DNA from: an uncultured virus (IMG/VR IMGVR_UViG_3300005533_000011)
Taxonomy: Duplodnaviria; Heunggongvirae; Uroviricota; Caudoviricetes
Virus record (IMG/VR): IMGVR_UViG_3300005533_000011
Strand: one strand, 5' to 3'
DNA length: 64,000 bases
Below, piece by piece: positions 28,153-38,410 of the stretch. The position numbers and the translations under genes are program-made. The notes below the pieces were generated by a model. It was not told the DNA's origin, ran no database searches, and saw only the letters and a list, made by a program, of their open reading frames with translations. Numbering within the stretch: the stretch's first letter is position 1; each line of letters begins with the position of its first letter.

Positions 28153-28833
28153 ATGAACGAGTGCGAACATTGCGGGCTCCCCGGCCGCCACAAGAAGAGT
28201 GTGTGCTTCAAGGAACTCCTGCGCAGGAAGCATCTCGGGGATGCGCTTTTCAGCGCGGCCGTGGACCTCAGCCACAGGCTGGGAGATCCCGCTGATCCGA
28301 AGAATGCCGGCGTCGCCGACCGGCTGGTGGCCCTAGAGATTGCGACCTGGCGCTGGGCATCCTGAGGACCGCATGAACGACAGATATTTCTACCAGTTCA
28401 AGGTGGGCGACCGGGTCTTCCGCGGACTGTCGATCGCGGGGCTGAATGTTCTGCGCCGTGCGCTCGAACTGCTGGAGGTCAGGCCGGCCGACTGGCTGGC
28501 CATGAGCTCGGACGAGCGCAGGATGATCCGGCACGACACGTTCACGCGGGCGACCCCGGAGCTGGCGGAGCGTCTTTTCGGCGAGAAGATCGATTTGGAG
28601 GCCGTATGACGGACAGGGTGGCGGCGTTCACGGTTGTGCTCGACCAAAATATCCGCATTGACGACGTGGAGTTCATCGTGAACGCGATTAAGGCGATCCG
28701 GCACGTGCAGAGCGTCAAGCCCATCGTGTCCAACTATGAACTGCATATAGCCGAGGAACGGGTGCGGAGGGAGATCTATGGGAAAATCTTCGACATCGTC
28801 TATCCTGACCGTCACAAAAAAGACCGTGAGTGA
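28153..28833 (+). other. Three small coupled hypothetical ORFs (28153-28365, 28373-28609, 28606-28833)
   Basis: GAGG/GGAGG RBSs; ATGA overlap. Confidence 0.6.
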
Positions 28834-29113
28834 ATTCAAGGGGTTGTTCCGCCGCATGCCCCTGCAGTTTCGGAGCCGGCTCATGGATCTTCAGAAGAAG
28901 ATCCAGCGCCTCGAGGCGGATAAGCGCATCGGCGGTGAAAGGCCCATGAAGTGCATCTGCCGGAAGAAGTTCAAGGGCTTCTCGACGTGGTATCCTCACT
29001 GGAAGTCGAGGCATCCCGTCCTTCACAAGCGCTACAGCGCCGTGAAGGGCAAGAAGGGCCAGGCAGCCCGTGGAAATCTCATGCTCCGGATGATGAGGGC
29101 AGCGAGCGCGTAG
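28826..29113 (+). CDS. C2H2-like zinc finger protein
   Basis: CICRKKF......HWKSRHP. Confidence 0.5.
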   Translation: MSEFKGLFRRMPLQFRSRLMDLQKKIQRLEADKRIGGERPMKCICRKKFKGFSTWYPHWKSRHPVLHKRYSAVKGKKGQAARGNLMLRMMRAASA

Positions 29114-29116
29114 GCC

Positions 29117-30148
29117 ATGATCGAGCCTCCCGAATACGCCGCCCTGATCAACCCGATTGTCGGGAACGCGTTCGCGATGCGATACGTGGGGCGGAAGGAC
29201 TTCGTCCAGAATCTCACCATCGATACCGGGCCCAAGAATTTTCTCTCGCCGATCACGGTCGAGCTGTTCGACGGGCTGATGTACGAAACTGACCCGTGCG
29301 ATTCTTTGATGTTCATCTCGCCGTTCGTGAAGCTGGTCACCGCAGTTCCCGCGGACTATGCCGCTCAGCTCCTCATCTCTCGGCTCACCGTCGTCCTCGA
29401 GGGAGAGATCGTCGTGGACAAGGGGCTTCTAGAAAAGTTTCTCGTGGCGCCTCCCTTCCAGGCTGCTGAGACCTCCGACTCGGGGCAACGGCTCGTCTAC
29501 GTGGGCCGGAACGAGGATAGTCTGATCGGCGGATGCAATCTCGCCTTCACGGGCAGGAAGCCCACCCTCTCCATGCGCCTCGAGGGTCTGCCGGCGGGAA
29601 TCGGAGTCATCCGCTTGATCTACGGCGCCATCCTGGGGCATTACACAACGAGGTCGAAGACGGGGGGCCTCTTCGCGGTCGGGAAGCTGGATGCCCAGCA
29701 GCAGGTATATCCCGTCTCCACCCGCTGGGAGGAGCCCCAGAAGGGCGACATCACCGAGGACAAGCTCGAACGCGCCTACGGCGACGCCCTCAGGGGCCTG
29801 CTCCAGGAGAAGGAAGCCGAGATCCTCCGGCTGAAGGAAGACGCTGATCTCCGGGAGAAGGCGGAGAAGCGCAGGGTGGAACTCGAAGCCGAGAAGAAGA
29901 AAACGATCGAAGAGCTTCATTCTCGAAACGCTGAGCTCGTCGGAGAGAAGCTTTGGGATCGTGACATTAGCGTCCGGCCTGACCAAATGCCGGTCGTCAT
30001 CCGTCCCGAAGGAAAGCAGATCGTCGAGGTTCCCGTCAATTTCGAAGCGGCGCTCGCGCGGGCGAAGAAGCGACTCGTCCGGTGGGGCATCATCGCGGCG
30101 CTCGCCCTCCTGGCAGCTGCTGTCGCGATCCGGTTCCTGGTCCTCTAG
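29117..30148 (+). CDS. Divergent paralog of the putative capsid protein fused to a coiled coil and C-terminal TM helix
   Basis: PPEYAALINPI.NAFAMR, DTG, PFVKL.T.V..DYA, EKFL, YTT...G.LF.VG.LDAQQQ.YPV shared with 351-1070; ends WGIIAALALLAAAVAIRFLVL. Confidence 0.8.
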   Translation: MIEPPEYAALINPIVGNAFAMRYVGRKDFVQNLTIDTGPKNFLSPITVELFDGLMYETDPCDSLMFISPFVKLVTAVPADYAAQLLISRLTVVLEGEIVVDKGLLEKFLVAPPFQAAETSDSGQRLVYVGRNEDSLIGGCNLAFTGRKPTLSMRLEGLPAGIGVIRLIYGAILGHYTTRSKTGGLFAVGKLDAQQQVYPVSTRWEEPQKGDITEDKLERAYGDALRGLLQEKEAEILRLKEDADLREKAEKRRVELEAEKKKTIEELHSRNAELVGEKLWDRDISVRPDQMPVVIRPEGKQIVEVPVNFEAALARAKKRLVRWGIIAALALLAAAVAIRFLVL

Positions 30149-30161
30149 GAAGGAGAGTTTT

Positions 30162-31112
30162 ATGCCCGTCAGCGTCGTCCTGAATGCGAGCCTCGAGGCC
30201 GAAAAGCCCAGGGACATCAACATGGAACGTTTCCTCGGGATGCTCGACCACCATGAGACGCAAGAACTGAAGCTCATCAAGGCATCCATTCCCGGCGAGG
30301 TCCGCCACAAGAATTACCTCGAGTACCTGGAAACCGCCTGGGCGAATCATCAGGGCGTCGTCCTGACGCCGGATGTCTTCTGGTACACCCTGCTCTGCGA
30401 GTCGGCCCACATCATCAGGAAGGATGCCGAGAAGTACCGGAAGTTCTTCACCGATGCGCCCGGGAAGACCACGATCGTCGTCCTGACGGACGATCCGATG
30501 CACCTCCCGATCGACGCGATCATCGAACAGCTCCGCCGAAAAGTTCCTGGCGGCCTGGCGAAGCATTTCCTGCCCGAGTTCTCGACGACCGACGATGCCG
30601 CGCGCGAGGCCAGAAATGCCGCCTTCGCGGACGCCGTCTCGCCCTACTACGACTACTGCACGACGCTGTGCGGCATTCCGGCGGTCCGCATCGAGGGCAA
30701 CGTCTCGGACTGGCAGGAGATCAAGATCTCGTGGATGGCGCTCACGGACGTCTTCGTCACGGCGCCGGAGTACTGCAAGCGCGTCAGGATGGTGATCGAC
30801 ATGATCATCGCCCAGTTCACGGAGCCGGACCTCGACTTCCTGAAGGACATCTACATCCATGACAGCTGCGGGTCGGGCCATACTTACGACGTTGCCGGAT
30901 GGTTCACGGCTCTCTTCCAGAACCGTCCCAGGGATCGCCGGCACTATGCCCCGCATGTCGCCAAGGTGGAGTACAAGAACCGCGACACCGGGCGCTGCTT
31001 CCGCTCTCTGCATGGGGTCTTTGGAAGCGCCCTCGTCGGGGGATTCATGCAGCCCCTCTTCGGAAAGGTCGTCCTCGAGGAAAAGGCGGCGCCGCGTCTG
31101 GCGGAGAGATAA
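30162..31112 (+). CDS. DUF4419-like protein
   Basis: AWANH..VVLTPDVFW, FSTT, YY.Y...CGIPAV.IEG...DW motifs. Confidence 0.7.
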   Translation: MPVSVVLNASLEAEKPRDINMERFLGMLDHHETQELKLIKASIPGEVRHKNYLEYLETAWANHQGVVLTPDVFWYTLLCESAHIIRKDAEKYRKFFTDAPGKTTIVVLTDDPMHLPIDAIIEQLRRKVPGGLAKHFLPEFSTTDDAAREARNAAFADAVSPYYDYCTTLCGIPAVRIEGNVSDWQEIKISWMALTDVFVTAPEYCKRVRMVIDMIIAQFTEPDLDFLKDIYIHDSCGSGHTYDVAGWFTALFQNRPRDRRHYAPHVAKVEYKNRDTGRCFRSLHGVFGSALVGGFMQPLFGKVVLEEKAAPRLAER

Positions 31113-31115
31113 GCC

Positions 31116-31337
31116 ATGGAAAAAATAATCTATGACGACTTCGCGCTGCGGAAGGGCAACCTGATCGCCCTCGGCGGGAATCTCTGGAACCAGCACGTGT
31201 CCCATGCAATCCGGTACAAGAAGGACGGCCAGGACGACCTCCAGGCCGCGGCCGGCGCCTTTTTCGACAAGGTCCTGCCGGAGATGCAGAACTTCATGGA
31301 GCAGAAGCTCGCGGCAGCGGCGAAGGGGACGGAATGA
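31116..31337 (+). CDS. Hypothetical protein
   Basis: Coupled to the downstream gene. Confidence 0.6.
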   Translation: MEKIIYDDFALRKGNLIALGGNLWNQHVSHAIRYKKDGQDDLQAAAGAFFDKVLPEMQNFMEQKLAAAAKGTE

Positions 31338-31882
31338 AACAGGAACCGATGGAAGTCGACCTGGCCAAGTCGGATGCCCGGGCGGTCTGGGGGAAGGGCG
31401 CGGCGCCGCACGGCAGGACGCCGGCGCTTGCCCTCGTCAACCCGATGCTCGGGCACAATGTCGGTTCCGCCGTTCGCGCGGCCTCGAACTTCGGAGCGAA
31501 GCAGGTCTGGTGGACCGGGAACCGTGTGACGCTCGACCAGGCGAAAGGCGAGCGGCTCCCGCGCGAGGAGCGGATGAAGGGCTACAAGGACGTCGAGCTC
31601 ATCCAGTTCGACAGCTTCTTCGACCAGTTTCCGCCCGACGTGGTCCCCGTCGCGGTCGAGCGCCGGCCGAACTCCGAGTCGCTGGTGGACTTCATCCACC
31701 CGGAGAAGGCTCTCTACGTCTTTGGCCCCGAGGACGGGAACCTCGAGCGCGTCCATCTCCAGCACTGCCACCGGTTCGTCGTGATCCCGACCAGCCATTG
31801 CACGAACCTCGCCGCGGCCGCCTACATCGTCCTCTACGACCGGATGGTGAAGGAGATCCGGAAGGAGAGGGGCGAGGGATGA
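31334..31882 (+). CDS. SpoU/TrmH-family SPOUT RNA methyltransferase
   Basis: NP...HNVGSAVRAASNFG, VFGPEDG, IP....NLAAAAYIVLYD. Confidence 0.85.
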   Translation: MKQEPMEVDLAKSDARAVWGKGAAPHGRTPALALVNPMLGHNVGSAVRAASNFGAKQVWWTGNRVTLDQAKGERLPREERMKGYKDVELIQFDSFFDQFPPDVVPVAVERRPNSESLVDFIHPEKALYVFGPEDGNLERVHLQHCHRFVVIPTSHCTNLAAAAYIVLYDRMVKEIRKERGEG

Positions 31883-34800
31883 CCGCGGTCCATGCTCTCC
31901 AGGTCTGCCTACGCGACGGCTGCGGTCACCCGGCACGCCTCCACGTCCTGAACGGCGTTGCAGGATGGGGCGGTCCTGACTCTCCATGCCGAAATCAGGA
32001 TTGCGCCTGCGGCGGCTTCCTGGGGGTCCGCCCGGTGTCCGAGGGCTGGATCTGCCACAACTGCAAGAGCACCGGGAAAGGAAGCGAAGACGAACTCCCG
32101 CAGGGCTGGCGCTGGTTCGGTCTCTCGAGCACGCTCGAAGGGCAGTTCGACGAGCTGGAGTGCCCGCTTCTCTGCGCCTCTTGCGTCATCGACGTCGAAG
32201 TCGCCCTGGTGAAGAGACAAAAGTGACGCAAGCAGAATGGGTCCTGCAGTGCCGGATCCGGCAATGGCTCTGGAAGACATTCGGTCCGAAGACCGACTGG
32301 AAGGGATTTCCCATGCCCCGGCCTGAGGGCAAGCCATGACGGAAGACGATCTCAAGGCGATTGAAGATAGGGCCAAGAAGGAGGACATCCCGAAGCTGAT
32401 CGCGGCCCTCCGGGAGGCACGAGGCGCCATGGCCGCCCAGGATGAGCGGGAGCGGAAGGCCGGCGAGGCCTGCGGCGTGAAGTATGAGCAGCATGGTTGC
32501 GATTGGCCGGAGTGGGTGGCCGATGCCCTGATGAGCAAGAACCGGCTCATCGCGGAATTCGTGGACGCGTGCTCCACGATCAGGCACGAGATCCGCGACT
32601 TCGGGCAGATGGGCCATGACGAAATGGTCGCGCTCCTGACTCGGCTGATCGATAAGGCCGGCGGCGCCCCGAAGGCCGGATCCTTGGCAGACATCGAAGC
32701 CCGGCGCGCCGAGCTGATGCGGAAGCACAAGGAGACGTGCGAGGGCTGTTGCCCGTCCTGCGGGGATCATTGTCCGGAGGAAGGCGGCACGTCCTGCGGC
32801 GGCCACGGACATGTTGGGGGGAATTCATGAGCGGACCCAGGAAGCACAACCTCAAGTTGATCGCGAAGTGCTCCGAGTACATCGCGAAGACGAAGAGCCT
32901 GCCGGAGGCGCAGGCGCTCGCCAAGAAGGACGGCTTTTCGGCAAACACGAGCGTCTGGCTCTCGGCCGCAAGTCAAGGACTCAAGTCCGGAAAATTTCCG
33001 TGGGAAGCTTCATGAGCGACGACCGCGATCAGAAGATCAAGGACCTCGAAGAGCAGAATATCCAACTGAAACAGCTCCTGCATGATACTGCGGCAGCGGC
33101 CCGAGAACTTCTCGACAACGACGGTGCCGGAGGCAGTTACGATGCGTCGAAGGCTTTCAAGGCGAGGCAGCGGCTTCGGGAACTGGTGTTCTCCGAGAAC
33201 CTTATTTACGAGTGCAAGGTCTGCGGATTCCGAGGGAAGGTGTTGCTCGATTCTACCAGAGGCATTCACCATAGACCCGCCGATGCCCATGTCTGCAGTG
33301 GCACGGCGAAAGGTCCGGACTTGTCCTCTGGACGTCCCTACTGGATGGACAGCGGGCGCCACGGGTAGGAGGAGAGGATGATCGCCTGGGGATATTACCT
33401 GACCTACAAGGGATACTCGAAGCCGACCGTCCTCCGGATCTATCCCGATGCGCCGCGGCAGATGGTCCGGGACTACGCCAAGGACGCGACGATCTGCAAC
33501 GGCAACACGTCGAAGGTGGTGAAGGTCCGCGTCGAGGAACTTCCGCAGTGCGGATGCGGAATCGTGGACGACATCGGCGTGGCGTGCAAGCGCCACGGTT
33601 CGAAGAAAGGAATGCGTTCCCATGAGAAAGCCCGGCGTCCTTGATCTCCTGAAGGCGGCCCTCTGGGCGGACAACGAGCGCCTCCACCAGGAACTTCCTG
33701 ACGAGGTCTACAAGGTGATCCGGGACTACGTCGCGAAAGTGACCCATTCGGATCGCGGCCGGACGTACGTCCTCGGGAAGCCGCTCTACGAAGCCCTCGA
33801 ATTCGTGAAGGAGCCCGAGAGCGGCGCCAGCAGGAAGCCCATGCTCGAGAACAAGGGGACGGCATGAACAATCCAATCGTGATCAATGAGAGGATCCACG
33901 AGATCGTGTCCGGGTGGGATCCTGGGGTAAAGCATATGCCCGGCATGAAAAGTTTGAAGTTTGCTTCCGAGATAAGGGACACCTGGATCCTCGTGGAGGC
34001 CGTCGGCAAACGCGGGGGCAAGATCCTGGTCGAGACCTGGCCGACGGGCTATGCAGCGATGGCATCCCTCGGCTGGCAGACGATGCCGATGCACTGGGCG
34101 AGTGCTGAGACGGCTCCCATGGCGATCTGCCAGGCCGTGCTCAAGGCCTGCGACGACCAATGAGCACTCCGACATCCGAAGTCCTGAAGGCCCTCCGGGA
34201 AGTCGAGGCCTGCCCGCGGACGCTTGCGATCATGAATCGGCCCACGATGCCGGGCTTCAACAAGATTCCTCCCGTCTTCCTCAAGGCCGTGAGCTGGGTG
34301 GACAGTTGCGATAGCTGCGCCGCGCTCATGCTGGGCGCGATCGGCACCGATGCCGTCGCGGCCCTGCGGGAGCCCCTCTCGTGCCAGCCCTGCTTTGACG
34401 AGCTCGTCGCGGCGTTTAAGCGCGATCGGGAGACCAAAGACCGGAAGGTGGAACATCCGAAGGCCGCCCCGAGGATGCCCTGGTGCGATGTCTGCGTCCA
34501 GATCGTGCTCGAATATCTGTCGAAACCGAAGGAGATCGCCCATGCCTAAGTGCGGGACCTGCAACCTGGAGCTCAAGGAAGACCAGAAACGCTGGTCGGC
34601 CTGCGGCTGCCTCCTGGGGGAGATGCGCTGCTCGAAGTGCGGAAACTTGGTCAAGAGGACCAGCTGGGACAGCGACGGCTTCGGGATCTACAGGCACGAT
34701 CCCTGCGGACTGGTCTGCGAGGACGAATGCTCGGATCCGCGGCTCGAGCCGGCGGCGCGATAGGGAGGAAACGATGGGCGTCTCGACCGATGGACAGATC

Positions 34801-35283
34801 TGCTTCGGCGTAGCCTTTCCTGAAGGATTCGAGTTTCCTTGGGACGCGGAACAGTTCGGTGACGACTTCGAAAAATGGTGGCGTGAGGCCGTCTGCGGAT
34901 ACAAGCCGCCTTTCCAGATTTATGACGAGCATGGCGAGTACATCGGCGGGAAGAAGCCGTCCCAGAGCCGGATCGATGAATTTATTGAGCATCGGAGCAA
35001 GTTCGAGAAGCAGCACCCGGTTCCTGTCAAGCTGGTGAACTACTGCAGCCACGAATGCCCGATGTACATCATCGCCGTCCCCTCCAGCTGCTTGGAGAAC
35101 AGCCGCGGCTATCCCGAGGAGATCCAACCGGGAAACCTGAAAGTCAGCGAGGCCGACGTCGAATCGCTGAAGAAGTTCCTGAAGGACCATGTCCCGGTGA
35201 AGGACGAGGACCTCGAGTACGCGGACAAGCGGTTCGACAAGACGATGACGCCGAAGTGGTACCTGAGCAGCTATTGGGGATGA
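31879..35283 (+). other. Array of small coupled ORFs (31879-32226, 32336-32830, 32827-33015, 33012-33368, 33378-33644, 33622-33867, 33864-34163, 34160-34549, 34542-34763, 34774-35283), many Cys-rich
   Basis: Serial ATGA overlaps and RBSs; 33864-34163 ends in the AETAPMAICQAVLKA motif of phage ABA-sandwich/BC1872-like proteins. Confidence 0.6.
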
Positions 35284-35286
35284 GCC

Positions 35287-35949
35287 ATGAACCTTGAAGA
35301 CCGGATGAAGATGTACGAGGGGCACTACCAGACGGAAATACCCAGAAGGATGCCGGTCGTGATGCGCCTCGACGGGAAATGCTTCCACTCGCTCACCGAA
35401 GGTTGCGAGAAGCCGTTCGACGCCGGCCTCCGCTCGGCGATCCTGCTCGGCATCCGGGATCTCCTCGAGGAGACGCCGGCCAGGATGGCCTATCAGCAGT
35501 CGGACGAGGTGTCGCTGCTCTTCGTCGACTACAACCGCTTCGACACCGAGCAGTGGTTCGGCGGGAACATCCAGAAAATGACGTCCGTCGCCGCGGCGAT
35601 CATGAGCGTCGGATTCACCAGGGCGTGGGGAAAGCCCGGGTACTTCGACGCGCGCCTGATCGCGATCCCCGAGCGCGACATCGTGAACTACTTCATCTGG
35701 CGCCAGCAGGACTGCATGAGGAACGCCGTCTCCATGGCCTCGAGGACGGTGTTCAGCCCGAAGCAGCTCCACGAAAAGCACGGCGGAGAACGAAAAGCGA
35801 TGCTCGCCTCGAAGGGGGTGAAGTTCGAGGACTATGATCTCGGATTCCGCCAGGGGACCGTGAGCACGAAGACGGAGAGCATGGCGGCGCCGGTGTTCTC
35901 GAAGAACCGGGACTTCCTGGAGAAGTTCCTGACCGTGGAGGAGGAATGA
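35287..35949 (+). CDS. Thg1-like tRNA(His) guanylyltransferase / 3'-5' polymerase
   Basis: RLDGKCFH, KPFD, YQQSDEVSL, WFGGNIQK, FDAR, NYFIWRQQDC.RN. Confidence 0.92.
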   Translation: MNLEDRMKMYEGHYQTEIPRRMPVVMRLDGKCFHSLTEGCEKPFDAGLRSAILLGIRDLLEETPARMAYQQSDEVSLLFVDYNRFDTEQWFGGNIQKMTSVAAAIMSVGFTRAWGKPGYFDARLIAIPERDIVNYFIWRQQDCMRNAVSMASRTVFSPKQLHEKHGGERKAMLASKGVKFEDYDLGFRQGTVSTKTESMAAPVFSKNRDFLEKFLTVEEE

Positions 35950-36484
35950 GCGAAGAAGAAAAGCTCCGCGCGGCGCTCGAGGCGGCCCGGGCGAAGTTCC
36001 ACGGCCTGTCCTGCGCGGTAGCGCTCCACCTGGCGGGCGACGGGCAGCTGGATCTCCTCGGGCTTCTCGAGTCGCTCCGCAAAGGCAACCTGTCGTGCGC
36101 GGCCGCGCTGGGATACCGCCCCGAGATGCAGGAAGGAAGTCCCCGATGACGTCCGAATTCGATACCCGCGTCCGCGCGCGCCGGAACCATACGCCCTGGT
36201 CGCGGATGAGCCTCGTCCAGTTCCTGAAGGACGCAGCCTGGAACGGCGCCGACGGCGCCGGAGAGGGAGGAAGCCTCGAGGCATTCGTTTCGGTCAAATA
36301 TCGGCCCGACGTGGCCTCCCGGATGTGGTGGACGATCCGGTGGACCGGCGAGGACAAGCAGCAGCGGGAGGCGAGCGCCCAGGAACTCGACTTGGCTCTC
36401 TGGAGGGCGGCCGAGATGGAGGAGGGAGCGCGCACGGAGCGCAGGCGGAAAGAGGAAGCCTCCAATGGGAATCAGCCCGGATGA
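35946..36484 (+). other. Two small coupled hypothetical ORFs (35946-36149, 36146-36484)
   Basis: ATGA overlaps; GGAGG RBS. Confidence 0.55.
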
Positions 36485-37005
36485 AAGGATTCGAAGTCGT
36501 CTCCCGGGATGCCTGGATCACGCACGATGGCCTGTACAGGTACTGGCTGAAGAGGGTCCTCCGGCCCGTGGATTCGGCCATCGTCCTGGCCGGCAGGGTC
36601 GTCTTCGTCATGCTGAACCCGTCCACCGCGGACGCGAAGATCGACGACGCCACGATCCGGCGCTGCATGGGATTCGCCTTCGCCTGGCGGTTTCGCGAGC
36701 TCATGGTGGTGAACCTTTTCGGCTGGCGTGCCACGGATCCGGACGAGCTGCTCGCCGCTGCGGATCCGGCAGGCCCGGAGAACCGCCGTGCGATCCTCTC
36801 AGTCTGCCGGGGCGGAACCCTCCATGTGGCCGCCTGGGGACACATCGCCGGGCGGCTCTCCGGTACTGCCGAAGAGGTGGCTGGAGTCTTGAAGGAAAAG
36901 GGTTACAATTTGAAGTGCCTGGGAGTGACGAAGGACGGCCAGCCCAGGCATCCGCTCATGCTGAAGAAGAGCGCGAAGCCGGTCGACTGGCCGATCGCGT
37001 CGTGA
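36481..37005 (+). CDS. DUF1643 family protein
   Basis: YRYWL.R, FVMLNPSTAD...DD.TIRRC..FA, VNLF..RAT.P, AAWG, G.P.HPL. Confidence 0.88.
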   Translation: MKGFEVVSRDAWITHDGLYRYWLKRVLRPVDSAIVLAGRVVFVMLNPSTADAKIDDATIRRCMGFAFAWRFRELMVVNLFGWRATDPDELLAAADPAGPENRRAILSVCRGGTLHVAAWGHIAGRLSGTAEEVAGVLKEKGYNLKCLGVTKDGQPRHPLMLKKSAKPVDWPIAS

Positions 37006-37012
37006 GGAAAGA

Positions 37013-38041
37013 ATGGCGCTCAACAGGAAACTCATCCGGAAGCTGACGAAGGACTTCATCGTGCCCCACGCGAAGGAGATAATGCGTCCCCATGATGTCG
37101 TCATCGTCGAAAAGGACGAGGACGGCAGGACGACCATGCGGGGAAGGCCCATCTCATTTCCGATCTTGTATACCGAAAAAAAGAAAGGCCGGAAATGACG
37201 GACCAGATCGTGCTCGATCCGGTGGAAGTCCGGAAGATCCGTTTCTTTCATCCTCCGGAGGAGCCGGCATCCGATCCGCAGTACGTCAAGCACGTGAGCT
37301 GCGAGGGCGCGCGATTCCACGTGCTCTCCTGGCATCTGGTCAACAAGAACGCCGAAACGCACTGCTCGGAAGAGCGCTGCATCGTGAACAAGAACAAGCG
37401 ATGGTGACGACTTGTCCGGCCCCTTACGACCACGGGGACGAGCGGGCTGGCATAAAGAAAGTCCCGGCGCATGTAGTCGAGCCGTGGTTGGGCTGCTAGT
37501 GACCGGGAAAGAGGCGTGATGAACGCCGCGGCGGGTGGAAGCCCCGCGCCAAAAAGGATGATGAATGTTCGCCTGCGGACCATGCCACGACCAGCGCCGC
37601 TGTCCGGCCGGTCGTCATGAGAGGGTCTACTGGGCGAAATGCGGACTGTGCGGGAAGGAATGCCAGTGCTACGAATGCATGCTGGGGGAACTGAAGGCAC
37701 CGATGGCATCGCCGGAATGGGCCCTCAAGCTCCGGGCGATGTACCTCAACGTGCAGAGGATCGAGTACCCCAGAAGAAGGCGGAGGGAATAGCCGATGGC
37801 GCACGCAGACTACCGCATGAAGGGCCGGTGCAGGATCTGCGAGCAGTCCATGTTCGTCGGGGTCTGCCCGCACGGAATGGCGGAACGCGTCCGGCCACCG
37901 CTGCCTGCGGCGCCGACGATCACTCCGGCGGAGATCGAGGAGGCCTTGAAGAAGGCGATCCCGGGAGCGATCGAGCTGGACAAGAAGCTGGAGAGGGTCT
38001 TCAGGCCGCCGACGGCGAAGGAGGACTTGCCGCTCAGGTGA
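37013..38041 (+). other. Small hypothetical ORFs (37013-37198, 37195-37407, 37565-37792, 37796-38041)
   Basis: Coupled starts; CxxC motifs. Confidence 0.5.
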
Positions 38042-38406
38042 AGCGGTCCCGGACCAAGGCGATCGTCAAAGCCCTCCGGAAGTACCGCTACAACTTCGAC
38101 AACGAGATCATGCTGCAGATGGGGATCGCGGAAGCCCTCAAGGAAAACCGGATCAAGTTCGAGCGCGAGGTTTCCCTCGGCGATCCCGGCATCATCGACT
38201 TCATGGTCGGGACCATCGGAATCGAGATCAAAATCAAGGGAAGCCCCTCCAAGGTCGGCCGCCAGGTCGTGAACTACCTCACCAGCGACAAGCTGACCGA
38301 GATCATCGTCGTCACCACGAAGGCGAAGGCGGCATCGTTCCTCAGGGTCCCCGAGCTGCTCGGGAAGAGAGTGACCGTCGTGGATCTCTGGGACAGGAAT
38401 TTCTAG
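38038..38406 (+). CDS. PD-(D/E)xK restriction-like nuclease
   Basis: E..LQ, FERE, IDF....IGIEIK, QV.NY. Confidence 0.7.
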   Translation: MKRSRTKAIVKALRKYRYNFDNEIMLQMGIAEALKENRIKFEREVSLGDPGIIDFMVGTIGIEIKIKGSPSKVGRQVVNYLTSDKLTEIIVVTTKAKAASFLRVPELLGKRVTVVDLWDRNF

Positions 38407-38410
38407 CTCG

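Noticed and set aside
17073..34549. Paralogy between 17073-17465 and 34160-34549
   Set aside because: Only weak shared features (LKA, CDxC near the C-terminus); not supportable without an alignment.
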